The translations under genes were made by a program, and so were the position numbers. A stretch of 63,150 nucleotides of DNA, filler included, from Atractiella rhizophila (taxonomy: Eukaryota), in assembly GCA_021432655.1 (NCBI GenBank). It is 4 parts of 4 records of this genome, joined end to end, with 100 filler letters (N's around TTAATTAATTAA, not from the genome) between each part and the next. Parts side by side here need not be neighbours in the genome. Positions count along the whole stretch, not along the records: positions 44,763 to 61,522 come from MU271578.1; 3 more parts are not named here. The stretch is one strand, 5' to 3'. Of this stretch, positions 48,361-60,741 are shown piece after piece (the stretch's first letter is position 1; every line of letters begins with the position of its first letter). The notes under the pieces were generated by a model, which had not been told where the DNA came from, ran no database searches, and worked only from the letters and a program-made list of their open reading frames with translations.

Positions 48361-49269
48361 CTCCTATCAAGCTTGATGGGATGCATACTAAGGTTTGAAC
48401 GCGAAGGCGACGTCGCATCGCATGGTGTTGACGACGCCACAAAGCTGCCGACTCACCTGAATTGTCACTCGCCAGCGTTTTGCACCACACGAGCAGGAAG
48501 TGGCGATCGGATTCAATCTTCCCTGCTCTGCACCATCTCCGTCCTACGCGTCCACACGCACGCTCCTCCTCCGTAACCAACGTTGCCTCCATCCCGTGTT
48601 ACACCCTCTCTCCCTTCCTCCCTCGCGCCGCACAGCAACAATGCACGACTTGCCTTCCAAACGAATATTTCAAGTCAAAGACGTGATTCTAGAGAATGAG
48701 GGAGTTTTAGCTGAATGTAGATGTCGTTGAGGAGGAGGATGGGGAAAGGAATGCACGAGGGCGATGAGGAGAAGAGTGCGCAATGTATGGATAGCATTAG
48801 GCTGATTGCCAAGAAGTCGAGGAGTTTAGGGGAGAAGGTCGGTTGTTGAGGATGTTGAAGAGCTAGTTAGTCAGGTCAGAGTGTCAGAGCTTCTGGATTC
48901 GAAGGCAGGAAGTTGTTGCCAGACGTTTTTAAGGGGAGGTGGGACAGGTGAAAGGCAGCTGTCTTCGATCCGTGCGATTTGATACGAAATCTCAAAGGAT
49001 GATGTAAAACAAAAACAAACCTTTCAAAGCATTGACTGTAGTGTATACATGGCTGGAAGGAAGAAAGTACCCTGCAACTAATTATTGTTGTCGACATCAC
49101 AACATGCCATGCGAGCTAACTTCCGCTGTGGTTCCGTTGTGACCTGAAACAAAAGGCTACCAAGTTACGAAAAGACATTCCAAAGTAATCTTCCCGTGTA
49201 TCGCTTCTTTGACTGCAATTTCGAGCCACCACTGTATCCAATCCAAACGGATGTGCACTGTAAGGATCA

Positions 49270-51045
49270 CTACCTCAGACGCTTCTTTGCGTCAAAATTC
49301 TTCCAAAAGAAGAGGGCGTCCTCGTTCCCATGCTCGTCGTCTTGGTCAATGAACCAAATATCTAGTCGGTTACCGTCTTGCCCGCAGAAAACGCTGAACA
49401 CTGTCCCTGACCTTGAGGAATCATACTGAAGCGGATATTCGGTGCGTTCGCGGCGTTTATACCTCTGATTGAACAATTTGACAGATGACACTGCCACTAA
49501 GTTGTGGAATGTCCCTAAGGCTTTGGAGAACCAGGAGGTGGAAAAGTCGCAATCACCAAAGAAAGGCTTCAACTGTACGACCAAACGAGGATAAGTCTGA
49601 GAGAGACTAATCCGTTTCTGTATCCGAACGACGTTAGATAGGAACTCGCACACTGCGCTAGCTGAAAAATGACAGTAAAGCAAAACGAGCGCTCTAAGGT
49701 TGTCCCATCGACCTTCGTCTAGAAATGTTTCGGAAATAAGATTCGATTCCTCCCTCCCGCCATCAAGGTACAGTGAGTGTGAGGACAAGGAAGGATCCCA
49801 ATTGGGGAGCCATTCACGTAGTTCATAGTCGACGGGTCTTCTCAGACTCAGACATGATACTGGGTTGCCATCGCTGCTATCCGAAACCTGCTGGAAAGCG
49901 CAACAAAGACGAGATGGTTGAAAAATTTTCAACATCCTGCGAAAGCCCTCTTCAGAAAACAGGTGATAGAATGAGCTGAACCTGAGCATGGACAAGTGGT
50001 ATGATGTTTCTTGTGTGTCAAGGATCCCATCGAAGTCTCCATCACAAAGGCAACACTTAAGGAGAGCAAGGAGAGCCAACTGAGTGGAAACATCGTTAAT
50101 CGAAGGGAATCGGAAACGACCCGACCTAGAAGATACTAGCCCAGATATGGTGACAGACCGCGTAGACCTAAAGCTGTCAGTCGAGGAGCTCAGTATTTCT
50201 GCAAAAGAAAGTTCAGCTTGCTGATTTTGAAAGAAAAGGCTCAAAGATGCTGGTCCGAGCGAAGAGATAGATCTCAACGTAAGTTGCAGATCGAAATCGT
50301 CCCATGGCAAATTGTAGACCCGCACCTTCGTATTACCTGAGTGCTTTGCTACAGAGTCCAGTACATGGGGCCAAGATTTGAGAGACGGTGGAAGGGGACG
50401 ACCTAAAGTCAGTGTTGCATCTTTCTCCCATTTCATTAATCCATGATTCACTGCCATATTCCGGAGATAACTGACGTTCAAAGCGTAAGAGGAAAAGTTG
50501 TCTGCAAAAAGAACACAGTAATGTTGTAGGGCAGAGAGAGCTATATTTCTGAACGCGGAGCAAATTCCTGCCAAGATGCAAAACTGTGAAACAAACTCTT
50601 GATCCAAGTCCTGGATGTGTGAGACTGCAGGTAACAAGAGGTAAAATACCCGATCCAGAAGTTCGATGGGTAGCTGAGCGATCGGAGACATTTGCGGATG
50701 CCGTTTGAGAATTGTGTTGCCATTTGCATCCTTCTGCCACTTTATCAAATGGTGTTCTGTCACCATGTTCCTGAGGTAATTTATGTTCGGAGCATAAGAG
50801 GTAAAGCCAACAACAGCACAATAGTCTCGTAGGCGGGATAATGCTATTTTTCTGAATGTGGAACAAACCGCTCCAAAGGCGCAAAAACGTGAAATGAAAT
50901 CTTGATTCAGATCCCAGGCACGAGTGACTGGAGGAAGGTCGAATATCCGGACCAAAAGTTTGATAGGCAGCTGTAAAATTGGACTGTCCTGACGTGGGGA
51001 GCACTTAAATCTCTCCTTCCGGCGTATGTGCTGCCCATTGATCAA
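49270..51045 (-). CDS. F-box-like protein (two tandem F-box-like units + leucine-rich region), intronless 591-aa ORF
   Basis: SPILQLPIKLLVRIF..GAVCSTFRKIAL and SPIAQLPIELLDRVF..AGICSAFRNIAL; paralogue of 54665-56212. Confidence 0.75.
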   Translation of the reverse strand: MINGQHIRRKERFKCSPRQDSPILQLPIKLLVRIFDLPPVTRAWDLNQDFISRFCAFGAVCSTFRKIALSRLRDYCAVVGFTSYAPNINYLRNMVTEHHLIKWQKDANGNTILKRHPQMSPIAQLPIELLDRVFYLLLPAVSHIQDLDQEFVSQFCILAGICSAFRNIALSALQHYCVLFADNFSSYALNVSYLRNMAVNHGLMKWEKDATLTLGRPLPPSLKSWPHVLDSVAKHSGNTKVRVYNLPWDDFDLQLTLRSISSLGPASLSLFFQNQQAELSFAEILSSSTDSFRSTRSVTISGLVSSRSGRFRFPSINDVSTQLALLALLKCCLCDGDFDGILDTQETSYHLSMLRFSSFYHLFSEEGFRRMLKIFQPSRLCCAFQQVSDSSDGNPVSCLSLRRPVDYELREWLPNWDPSLSSHSLYLDGGREESNLISETFLDEGRWDNLRALVLLYCHFSASAVCEFLSNVVRIQKRISLSQTYPRLVVQLKPFFGDCDFSTSWFSKALGTFHNLVAVSSVKLFNQRYKRRERTEYPLQYDSSRSGTVFSVFCGQDGNRLDIWFIDQDDEHGNEDALFFWKNFDAKKRLR

Positions 51046-53089
51046 ATTCAGAAAGTAACCTGTATGTTGCCTCAGCTCAGGAGTTTCAACAAATAACCGT
51101 CAAAAATCTTACGAAGCTTGCGCTTGAGCTTGAGCCTAGGCACCACAGAGCGCAGTGACAAGTGCTTCTTTCCGCGCCTCAGAACGTGAATAGTCATGGA
51201 AAACTGAGGTGTTGGACGTTGACTTCTAGGGGGAGTTCACAGTGAGCGCTGACTGGAAGTCGCTTGTTTCGCGGAGCGTCAGTCACCTGGCTCCAGTGAG
51301 TTATCATGAAGAGATCAACTAGTTCGCAGAGTTGGATGTGCACGACTTCAGGTCGGGTTCTGGTTGTCCTTTGATACAGTGCAACGTCCGTACCCTTACA
51401 ATTTCCAAGTAAGTCTTCAACACTTCAACCATACCGACAGCAGGTAAACTCCAACTGTGAACGGTAACGTACAACAACTTGAGGGAAAAAGTGTTAGAAA
51501 CCAGGGCTGGTAAATTCATGATACCTTTAAACTTTCGCACCTTTCATGTTTAAGCTTGAACGAGTAAACAAAGAAGTTCTGCCCTTGCAATGACAACCCA
51601 ATCATCCGCCAACTCACCAGCAATCCTCATGCTCTCCCTGCAGCATCTCTAATATCTTGCGTCTTCTACTCCTTTTTAGACTCCTCAGACTTCGAATTTC
51701 CCTGCTGTTATTCTTGAAATAGCGGTAAGTTGGGAGGAACCGTGAGTTTGGGGATCTCGCAAACGTGGTCATCATCAAGAAGTACGGAGGCATCTTGGGA
51801 GGACGAGGCGTGAGGGTTCTGAACGAGAAACTGGAATATTTGAATCTGATATGCTTCTAGCTGAAGACAGAATCGACTGCCTTCGATGACTGGTCTACGC
51901 CGCAGTGTTAATTTGATCCGTTGAAAAGTGTACAGAAATCCGGTTGTGTGTAGGAACGAAGCGGCGGCACTACCGCTCACAATTGGAGTCGAAGCACGCT
52001 GGCCTGCGAGGAAGTGAGGGAAGTGAGGGCCAGTTCGTGTAGCAGCAGGAGAGGTAGGGCTCCTTCTTCGTACTTGAGTCAGCTTCGTGGCATCAGAAAT
52101 AATGAAGGGATGAGAAAGACCAACCAAGATCGTTCCTCTCCCTTGATGTCCTCATTGATCAAGTGCCGAGAACGCACATCCCCCTTCTTCTCAATTTCTG
52201 ACCGTGACCTGGTGGAGATTCCCAAGGGATTTCATGCTTAAGAAAATGGAAACGAGTGAACTGGGGCTCGAGGAACTGGACCAACAACCTGGTTGGATTG
52301 TTAGCGAGCCTTTCAGAAATTATTGACAGAGCACGAACACGTGAAGGTCTTTTCCAATCCAAATTAACCAGCTGCCGAAAACTGGAGCAACATTTGCTAC
52401 ATATTAAGCCGTTCTTCTTTGCTCTTGCTACAGTCGTAACCTCTACGAGACCACCACCAGTACCTGGGTCGCTCGACGCTTGCACAACATCATCGACGCT
52501 CCTTGGCCTTGGCAGATCTTCTGTGCAATATTTCCCCTGATTTCAGATGTTGCATATCAAGTTATTCAAACGCACTGCCGACTATCACACCAGCAAGTAG
52601 GGAGGCAGTTGTGAGCGGATGGAGAACCGTTATACCACAGCAATAAATTTTCGCAGAATAAGCTAACTAAAGTCGCTTACCTCCAGAAGTAACGTCTGAT
52701 AGTGCGCGAAGGGGTCCAAGGCATAGGAGTAGCCTTGAAAAGCGCAATCGCAAGGGACAAAGAGTGTACTCTGCTCTTAGTTTAAAATAGGTGGGTCCAG
52801 CACGGGCACCAAAGTAATTCTTCTAGTCGCCATTTCTCTGCGGAGGATCAATGGGTCGCTTCCTGTTGGTGACCATGATCACTAGGAACAGCTGCGACGC
52901 AAGACTTACCTTCAGGAGAGCAATGCGCAACAGCCTGACTGAATTGTTATGAGCGTGATTGCGGACTGCCAGAGTTAGGCTTTCATCTCATGAGGCGGCG
53001 CGTCGGTAATGAGAACAATTTTGGATGCTGACGGTCACAGATCCATAAGAGGGGTCTCTTTCGGCGCGGGGGTTACAGCGTCAGGACTT

Positions 53090-53940
53090 TAGACATCCCT
53101 GTATGGTCTAGGTATGGCCAATCGCTGTCAATCATGTCAACATAATATCTTCTTGCAAGAGTAAAGGTTGCACGTCAATATCATCCCCAGCGCGCCAGTA
53201 CTTCTGCCATCCTTGAGTCTGTCGACACCCGCAACGGCAATGAGCGGAGGAAATGACTGATCTAGGCGACAGAGACTTCGTTTCCGCTACAGGGCACAAG
53301 GAGATGAGTTACCAAATAAGAGAGAAGAGGTACATGAGGACGCACCAGCTGGAGACCAAATGTTGCAGTTTGGGAGAACACCCAAATGCGCAACGAATTT
53401 GACGGGCTGACGAGTAGGTCCATCCAGTCCAAGACCAAAGGAATCGCGAGTAGCAACCAGATCACACGGTGGGGAAAGAGCACAGAGAGACAGGTGGCAC
53501 CAGCAGCTGCAGTTGGACCTCCTGAATAGGGAGCGAGAGGGGCACTATCGGAAGTGAAGTTGAGGAAAGTACCTCCCATATGGATGACAGACCGTTTCCA
53601 TAGACAGCGATACCTTTCCCCACAGCGTCAGCTTGATCCCGGAAGTGAGGTACAGGGCAAGGACGAGTCATTCATGACGGCGCACAGTCCATGCTCAATC
53701 ACACCATACCTGGTAAAACGACCAGTGAAGCCTCCAAGCTTTGGCATCTGCAGGCGGAAACTGGTCACACCTTCCGGTTAGTCAAGTTGGAAGGAGTGAA
53801 GGTGTGGCACGTCCTCAAATGAGAAAGTCGACGATTCGCCTACGCCTCAGCCTTAGCTGTGCAGGCGGGAAGCTTCTTCTCCCAATCTTGGGCAACTGCG
53901 CAAGATGTTGAAGTACTTCTCCTAGTACATGGCAAAGAGC
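53090..53940 (-). pseudogene. Partial transketolase pseudogene B with internal deletion
   Basis: [18 protein letters not shown]; colinear with TKL 58220-58970 and 57710-57850; introns retained; frameshifts. Confidence 0.9.
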
Positions 53941-54664
53941 TGCTACTAAGGTTCGATTGCGATGTTAATCAACAGTTCTCGCTTTAAATTTATCTTCAAC
54001 AACCTCGGGCAGGAATTTGAGCGAAGCTGTTTCTCCAAGCTGAATCGTCACTCACCAGCGTTCTCTCCATCTTCGAGCATACGGACACCTCATACCCTCC
54101 TTGGAACAGAACAGAAAACTCCCTTCGCTGGTTTCTCATCCCCTCCTGTGCGTCCGCCTCACGCTCTTCCTCCTAACCGGCGCCGCACCATCCCTGTTAC
54201 ACCAACGTCCCTTCCTCCTTCGCGTGTCACCGTCATATTGCAACCACATTACCTCCAAGGATGATGGGAAGAGGGCGACGAGAAAGACCAGCATGTAATG
54301 TGTGGGCAAGATTAGGATGGTGTAGAAGGGAGGAGCTTTGAGACAGAGGGTCACTGGCTAGCCGTTTGGGACTTGAATCTGGATGGGGATGTCGAGTTAG
54401 GTGTTCAGTGTAAGCACTGGATTCATGTGGAGTAAGTTGTTCCGACACGATTTGGCGGAGGAAGGTGGCGCAAGGTGTAAGGGCAGTTAGTTGACTTCAA
54501 TCTGCGCGATTTGATAGAAATCTTTGGGCAGATGTAAAACAAACTTTTCAGAGCATAATATAGTGCGTGCAGTACATCCCAGTACCCAGTCATGAACATT
54601 TATTCCATCGTGCTGTATCGCTGCTTTTTCAGACCCCCCACGTGTGGAAGTTGCACAGTGAAGA

Positions 54665-56212
54665 TCAGGATCTCAACGACTTGTTTGACTCGAAATTCTG
54701 CCAAAAGAAAAGAGAGTCCTCATTCCCGGGCTCATCGTCTTGGTCAATGAACCAAATATCGATTGGGAACTCGCCTTGCTCGCAGAAAAAACTGAACACT
54801 GTGCCAGACCTCGAGGAATCATACTGAAGTGGATGTTTGAAGGGGTGGGGCTGATCATACCTTTCATTGAACAGCTTGACGGATGACTCTGCGACCAAGC
54901 TGTGGAATGGCCCGAAAGCTCGGGAGAACCACGACGGTGAAAAGTCGCAGTCTCCAAAGAACGGCTTCAGTTGCACGACCAAATGTGGATAAGCCTGAGA
55001 GCGACTCCGCCGTTTCTGTAACTGAGCGACATTAGAGAGGAAGTTGCACACTGTGCCAGCTGAAAAATGGCAGTAAAGCAAAACGATCTCTCCCAGGTTG
55101 CCCAGTTCACCTTTGGTCTCTAGAAATGTGTCAGAAATAAGATTTGAGTCCTCCCTCCCCCCATCAAGGTACAACCGGTAACATGAATCGGAGACCCATG
55201 CATGCAGTTCATGGTCGACAGGTCTTCTAAGACATGATACGGGGTTGCCCTCAGCACTATCCGAAAGCTGCTGGAAAGCACAACAAAGGTCACTCGGTTG
55301 AAAGATTCTCAGCATCGTGCCAAAGCCCTCTGCAGAAAGGTGATAGAATGAGCTGAACGTGAGCGCGTACAATTGGCATAATTCTTTCCTGCCACTGAAG
55401 TCTATATCACAAAGGCCACACTGAAGGAGATGTAAATATTCGTAACGATTGGCGAAGAACGGCCCTCCTCGGGATTGACCCGGCCTAGCAGATACCAGCC
55501 CAGATATGGTGAGACCTAAGCTATTACTCGGGAAGCGAAGTATTTCTCCAAGAGAAAGTTCAGGTTGCTGATTTTGAAAGAAAAGACCTAGACCTGAAGT
55601 TGCTGGTCTGAGCGAAAAAATAGATCTCAACATATCAGGCAGATCGAAACCATCCCATGGCAAATTGTAGACGTCCAATTCCCTAATATGAGCTTGTTTT
55701 GCCATAGCGTTCAGTATGTGGGACCAAGATTTGTGAGACGGTGGAAAGGGACAACCTAAAGTCAATTTTGCGTATTTCCCCCTTTTCATTAATCCGTGAT
55801 TCACTGCCATATTCTCAAGATAAATGGTGTTCAAAGTATAAGAGGAAAAGTTGTCCTCAAAAAGAACACAGTAACGTTGTAGGGTGGAGAGTGCTATGAT
55901 TCTGAACGTGGCGCAAATCCCTGCAAAGACGCGAAAATGGGAAGTAAACTCTTGATTCAGATTTTGGATGTGAGAGACTGGAGGTAGTAAAATGTAAAAT
56001 ATCTGGAACAAAAGCTCAATGGGTAGGCTGGCAATTGGAGCTGTTTGCAGAGGTCGCCTCCCGGGTAAGAATACTTGAATCAACGTGCCGTCGAACAATT
56101 TCAGAATGTAGCCCGGTAATACTGCATGTTGCATCAGCACACGAGTAACCATCAAAATCTCACGAAGCCTAGCGGCCATAGATCGTAAGTGCTCCGTTTC
56201 CCGCCTTAGCAC
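54665..56212 (-). CDS. F-box-like protein (single F-box-like unit), intronless 515-aa ORF
   Basis: APIASLPIELLFQIF..AGICATFRIIAL; shares VVQLKPFFGDCDFS, PLQYDSSRSGTVFS, DIWFIDQDDE with the 591-aa copy. Confidence 0.75.
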   Translation of the reverse strand: MLRRETEHLRSMAARLREILMVTRVLMQHAVLPGYILKLFDGTLIQVFLPGRRPLQTAPIASLPIELLFQIFYILLPPVSHIQNLNQEFTSHFRVFAGICATFRIIALSTLQRYCVLFEDNFSSYTLNTIYLENMAVNHGLMKRGKYAKLTLGCPFPPSHKSWSHILNAMAKQAHIRELDVYNLPWDGFDLPDMLRSIFSLRPATSGLGLFFQNQQPELSLGEILRFPSNSLGLTISGLVSARPGQSRGGPFFANRYEYLHLLQCGLCDIDFSGRKELCQLYALTFSSFYHLSAEGFGTMLRIFQPSDLCCAFQQLSDSAEGNPVSCLRRPVDHELHAWVSDSCYRLYLDGGREDSNLISDTFLETKGELGNLGEIVLLYCHFSAGTVCNFLSNVAQLQKRRSRSQAYPHLVVQLKPFFGDCDFSPSWFSRAFGPFHSLVAESSVKLFNERYDQPHPFKHPLQYDSSRSGTVFSFFCEQGEFPIDIWFIDQDDEPGNEDSLFFWQNFESNKSLRS

Positions 56213-57554
56213 CTGGAAGTTATGGCAAGGCGTTGAGCAGAGGTGAGAGTGTTGACAAGTATTGGTTGGATGCGCTGGATGTTGCCTGTTTCCCAGATGG
56301 CCACTTTGTTGCAGAATCCAGGGCAGAATCCAGGGTTACCAAGAGCAGATCCACTAATTAGCGGAGCAAGAGCGGTCGTTGTGAATGGCGCAAAGTCCGT
56401 ACGTTTGACAGCATTCTGATATTCCTAGTAAGAACTATAGCTTCAACAGCCTTCAACATCGGCAACTTATAACCTGATCAGGTGACTGACTCACTACAAT
56501 TCGAGGGACGAGGGAAGAGGCGTTGGAAAAAATGGTTGGTGAGTTGATGATACACTTTAAACTTTCCAAAAGTAAAAAACATCAATTTTCTGTACTTGCA
56601 GTCAACCCATGACCCATCCCGGTGCACCATCTTGCCTCTTCCGCTCCGTCTTAGCTTCCTTTGGTTTCGCATTTTCCGGCTGCTGCTGTTGAGGTAGTGG
56701 TGCTTTTGGAGGGACAGCGAGTGTCGAGATGTCAAACATATATTTCACCAAAAGGCATGAAAGCATCTTGGGAGGACTTGGTATGAGAGTTTAATCCGCC
56801 ATGATACTGGAAAAGTATACTGAAATCACATTTCCGTCGTTACTGGTCACAATCAGAATCAAACTTTGCTGTGTGCGGGAAGACGCAAACCGGTTCTAGT
56901 CCTTCTTCGCACCTGAGTTGGCTTCATTCTGTCTGAAATAATGAAAAGCAACCTCCTTCGTCTCCCTCGATGTCTTTGTTGATCATGGATCAAGCTTGCC
57001 TCGATCGAACGTCCCCCGTCTTTATCTGGAGGTGGCGCGGTGGACGAGTTCCAGAGAATTTCATGCTTGAGACAGCGTAAGGACCCCGCGCATTGAGGAA
57101 CTGGACCAATGGCCTGGTTGCTTGCGAGAGAGGTTTCAGAGCGTTGAACAGTAAACACGTGAAGATCTTTTCCAAATTGGCCTGCAGCCGAAAGCGATAT
57201 TTGGGGCATGATCGAAGTCGCCTCTCGTTTCCTTTGGTTGCTCTTTCTCGACCGGATCCATTTGCTTCTGAGAGCGTGCTTGAGACCTTCGCTTCCTGCC
57301 TCCATTGTGAAGCGGCAAAAATCCAGTTTCGCAGCTCTCAACTTTTCCCTTTGGTTACGTGATTGTGCACTATTCATCGTAATTATGACAAGAATAAGGC
57401 CCTGCTGCTCTTTGAAGAGCCTTGGCCAGTCCGACCAGGGTTCATCTAAACAAAATTCCCATTACAGTCTAAGGAAAGGACACTGGCCTCCACAAAGTAC
57501 ACCGTTCATACGTATATTTCTTTCTTGACATATTTTGCTACAAGAATTGGCTCG

Positions 57555-60457
57555 TCAGACAATCTGCTTGTTCACGCTATGAGGTGCAGCGGTGACTGCG
57601 AGGTCGAACTGAGTGTTAATAGGAGAAAGGAGCTTGACGCCCTTGTAGTGAGCGATAGCCTTCTTTGCCTTCTCAGCGATATCGGGACCGGTCAACTTGA
57701 GCGCCTTGTAGACATCCTTGTATGGTCCAGACATGCCGAATCGCTATTAACAATGTCAATACCTTTCTTCTTATACGAAAAGGGAAACTCACGTTGATAC
57801 CATCCTGAGCATGGGAGTACTTCTGCCATCCTTGAGTCTGTCAACGCGCATGAGAATGCTGTCATAAAAGTGAAAGAAGATTGGGAACATACGGAGTACG
57901 GCTCAACGGAGTAAACAGGGTGACCATCAGGGAATACGCTCAGCTTATACTCATGGCTCTGCTGCTCGAAAACTTCCCAGCAAGGAAGCGAGACGACCCG
58001 GACCTTGAGACCCTCCTTCTGAAGGATCTCCCTAGCTTCGCAGACGAGCGAGACCTCGGTACCAGTAGAAACGAAGGTGAGGTCAGCGTTCTCGGCTTCG
58101 TGAACGACGTATCCTCCCTTGAGAGCCTTCTCGACTGACGATGCTTCGATCTGCGGGACAGCTTGACGAGAGAGACAAAGAATGGACGGGGTGTGGACGG
58201 AAGAGATGGCGCTGATGTAGGCGGCAGAGACTTCGTTTCCATCTGCACATTACAAGCCCATCAGTGTCCCGATAAAACAGATAGGTAACGAGACGAACCA
58301 GCTGGACGCCAAACGTTACAGTTGGGGAGTGCACGCCAATGCGCAACGACTTCAACGGGTTGATGAGTGGGCCCATCCTCTCCAAGACCAATGGAATCGT
58401 GAGTAGCCACCCAGATCACACGGAGATGAGAGAGGGCGGAGAGACGGATGGCACCAGCAGCTGGGCACGGACGAAAAGTTAGGTCGAGCTTTTGACGGCG
58501 GAGCTAAAGACGTACCGTAAGAAGTGAAGTTGAGGAAAGTTCCTCCCATGGGGATGATGAGACCATTTCCGTAGGCGGCAATACCTTTTTCCCATTTTCA
58601 GCTTGATTATGGATGTTGGGGAAGGACGAACCATTCATGACAGCACCCATTCCGTGCTCCCTCACACCGTACCTAAAATAACGACCAGTGAAGTCTCCAA
58701 GCTTAGTATCCGGGGGCTGGAAGTCCTTGACACCCTTCCAGTTCGTCAAGTTCGAAGGAGTCAAATCAGCACTCCCAGAAATAGTCTCTGGGAGGATATC
58801 GACGAATGAGCTGATGGCAGCTTGAGAAAGTTGACGAGTCGCCAACGCCTTATCCTTCGCCGTGTAGGTGGGGAGCTTCTTCTCCCAACCCTCTGGCAAG
58901 GTGTTAGAATACCGCCTGGAGAGCTCAGCCGCCTCATTGGGATACTTCTCCTGGTACTTGGCGAAAAGTTCCTTCCACGCCTTTTCAGCGGCCGCTCCTT
59001 TCTCAGCGACCTTGTGGTAGACGTCGTAGACCTTCTGGTCAACGGCAAAAGTAGCCTCAGGGTCGAAGCCAAAGAGACTCTTGACGTGTTTGGCGCTCAG
59101 CACCAAGGGCGGCGCCGTGAACATCGTGAGAACCTTGTTTCTTCGATCCGAAACCGATGGTAGTATGAAGGCGAATGAGAGTGGGTTTGTTCTCAGTCGA
59201 ATCAACTCCGTTTTTGATACTCTCGTAAATTTTCTCAAGATCGTGGTCTCCGTCTTGGACTCTGTTGGCGATCATCAGGCTCATGGGAGAAATTCACAAG
59301 CACAGTACGCACTCAAGGACCCTCCAGCCATAACCCTCAAAGCGCTTGGAGACATTTTCGGTGAAAGAAACATGGGTGTCCCCATCGATCGTGATTTGGT
59401 TGTCGTCATAGACAGCGATCAGGTTTCCAAGCCCAAGATGTCCAGCGAGAGAAGCTGCTTCGGAAGCGACACCTTCTTGCATGCAACCATCTCCAAGGAA
59501 GACAAAGGTCTTGTTGGTGATAAGAGGGAAATCGGGCTTGTTGTAGGTTGCTCCGAGATGGGCCTGAGCAATGGCCAATCCGACAGAGTTGGCGAATCCT
59601 ATTGAGACCCTTTAGTCTGGTGGATGCTGAAGGTAGATAGAGATCACCTTGTCCGAGCGGGCCAGTGGTCACTTCGATACCCTCCGTGACGCCCAATTCC
59701 GGATGACCTGCACAACGCCGTCTTTAGCAATCCCATCGTAGGGTCATGGGAGCCTGTACCTGGGGTGATAGAGTCTACTGAACGGAACTGTGGTTGGGTA
59801 AGTGGCGTGCTCAAGTTCGGTTTGATTAGAGCGTACCTTTTTAAGGTCGTCCATAGAGACCTTGTAGCCAAGAAGATGGAGCATAGTGTACTGAAGAGCG
59901 CAGGCATGACCGTTCGAAAGGACGAATCGATCGCGATTCAACCAGTGAGGGTTTTTGGGGTTGGCGGTGAAAAGACTTCGAAGAATCATCAGACATCGTT
60001 CAAATTGTAGGAAAGAGACAAACCGTGAGAAAAGGACGTGGGAGACTGGGGCCATGCCCATTGGGGCTCCCTAATCTATTTAAGCGGGAAGCGAAAAATG
60101 ACAAGAAAGAAGCGAANNNNNNNNNNNNNNNNNNNNNNNNNNNNNNNNNNNNNNNNNNNNNNNNNNNNNNNNNNNNNNNNNNNNNNNNNNNNNNNNNNNN
60201 NNNNNNNNNNNNNNNNNNNNNNNNNNNNNNNNNNNNNNNNNNNNNNNNNNNNNNNNNNNNNNNNNNNNNNNNNNNNNNNNNNNNNNNNNNNNNNNNNNNN
60301 NNNNNNNNNNNNNNNNNNNNNNNNNNNNNNNNNNNNNNNNNCAACAGCAAGCGTTCGCACCTGGTTTTTTCCTTCGATCAGTTCGATCGTGAGGCAGAGC
60401 GATGGGACTGACCGTGTTGATGCATAGCTTATCGTCAGCCTGAGCCGTAAAAGTCAT
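57555..60457 (-). CDS. TKL1: Transketolase; multi-exon, spans an N gap
   Basis: [31 protein letters not shown]; ThDP motif [50 protein letters not shown]. Confidence 0.96.
60117..60341. other. Assembly gap (225 N) inside the transketolase gene
   Basis: N run. Confidence 0.97.
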
Positions 60458-60741
60458 TTTTGTAAATCGAGAGAGGATCTTTAGAGATTTGATCGTTGTG
60501 TTGGGGAGCTCGTCGTCTTTAAAAACGTTGTGAACCAAACCGATCCCCTTCGATATCGACGTAAACGCCCGATGTCCGGGAAGCGGGACGGCCGTTGTCA
60601 GCTAACTCACCCATGGTTACACCCTGGTAATTAATCGCAGCACAGGCTGAGAGTAATTATCCAGGTCCACATCGCCGGACTGGTGGCTGCAACGTAATAC
60701 CATTATCACAAGTCAAGACTATCATCTCTAAAGAGATTATC

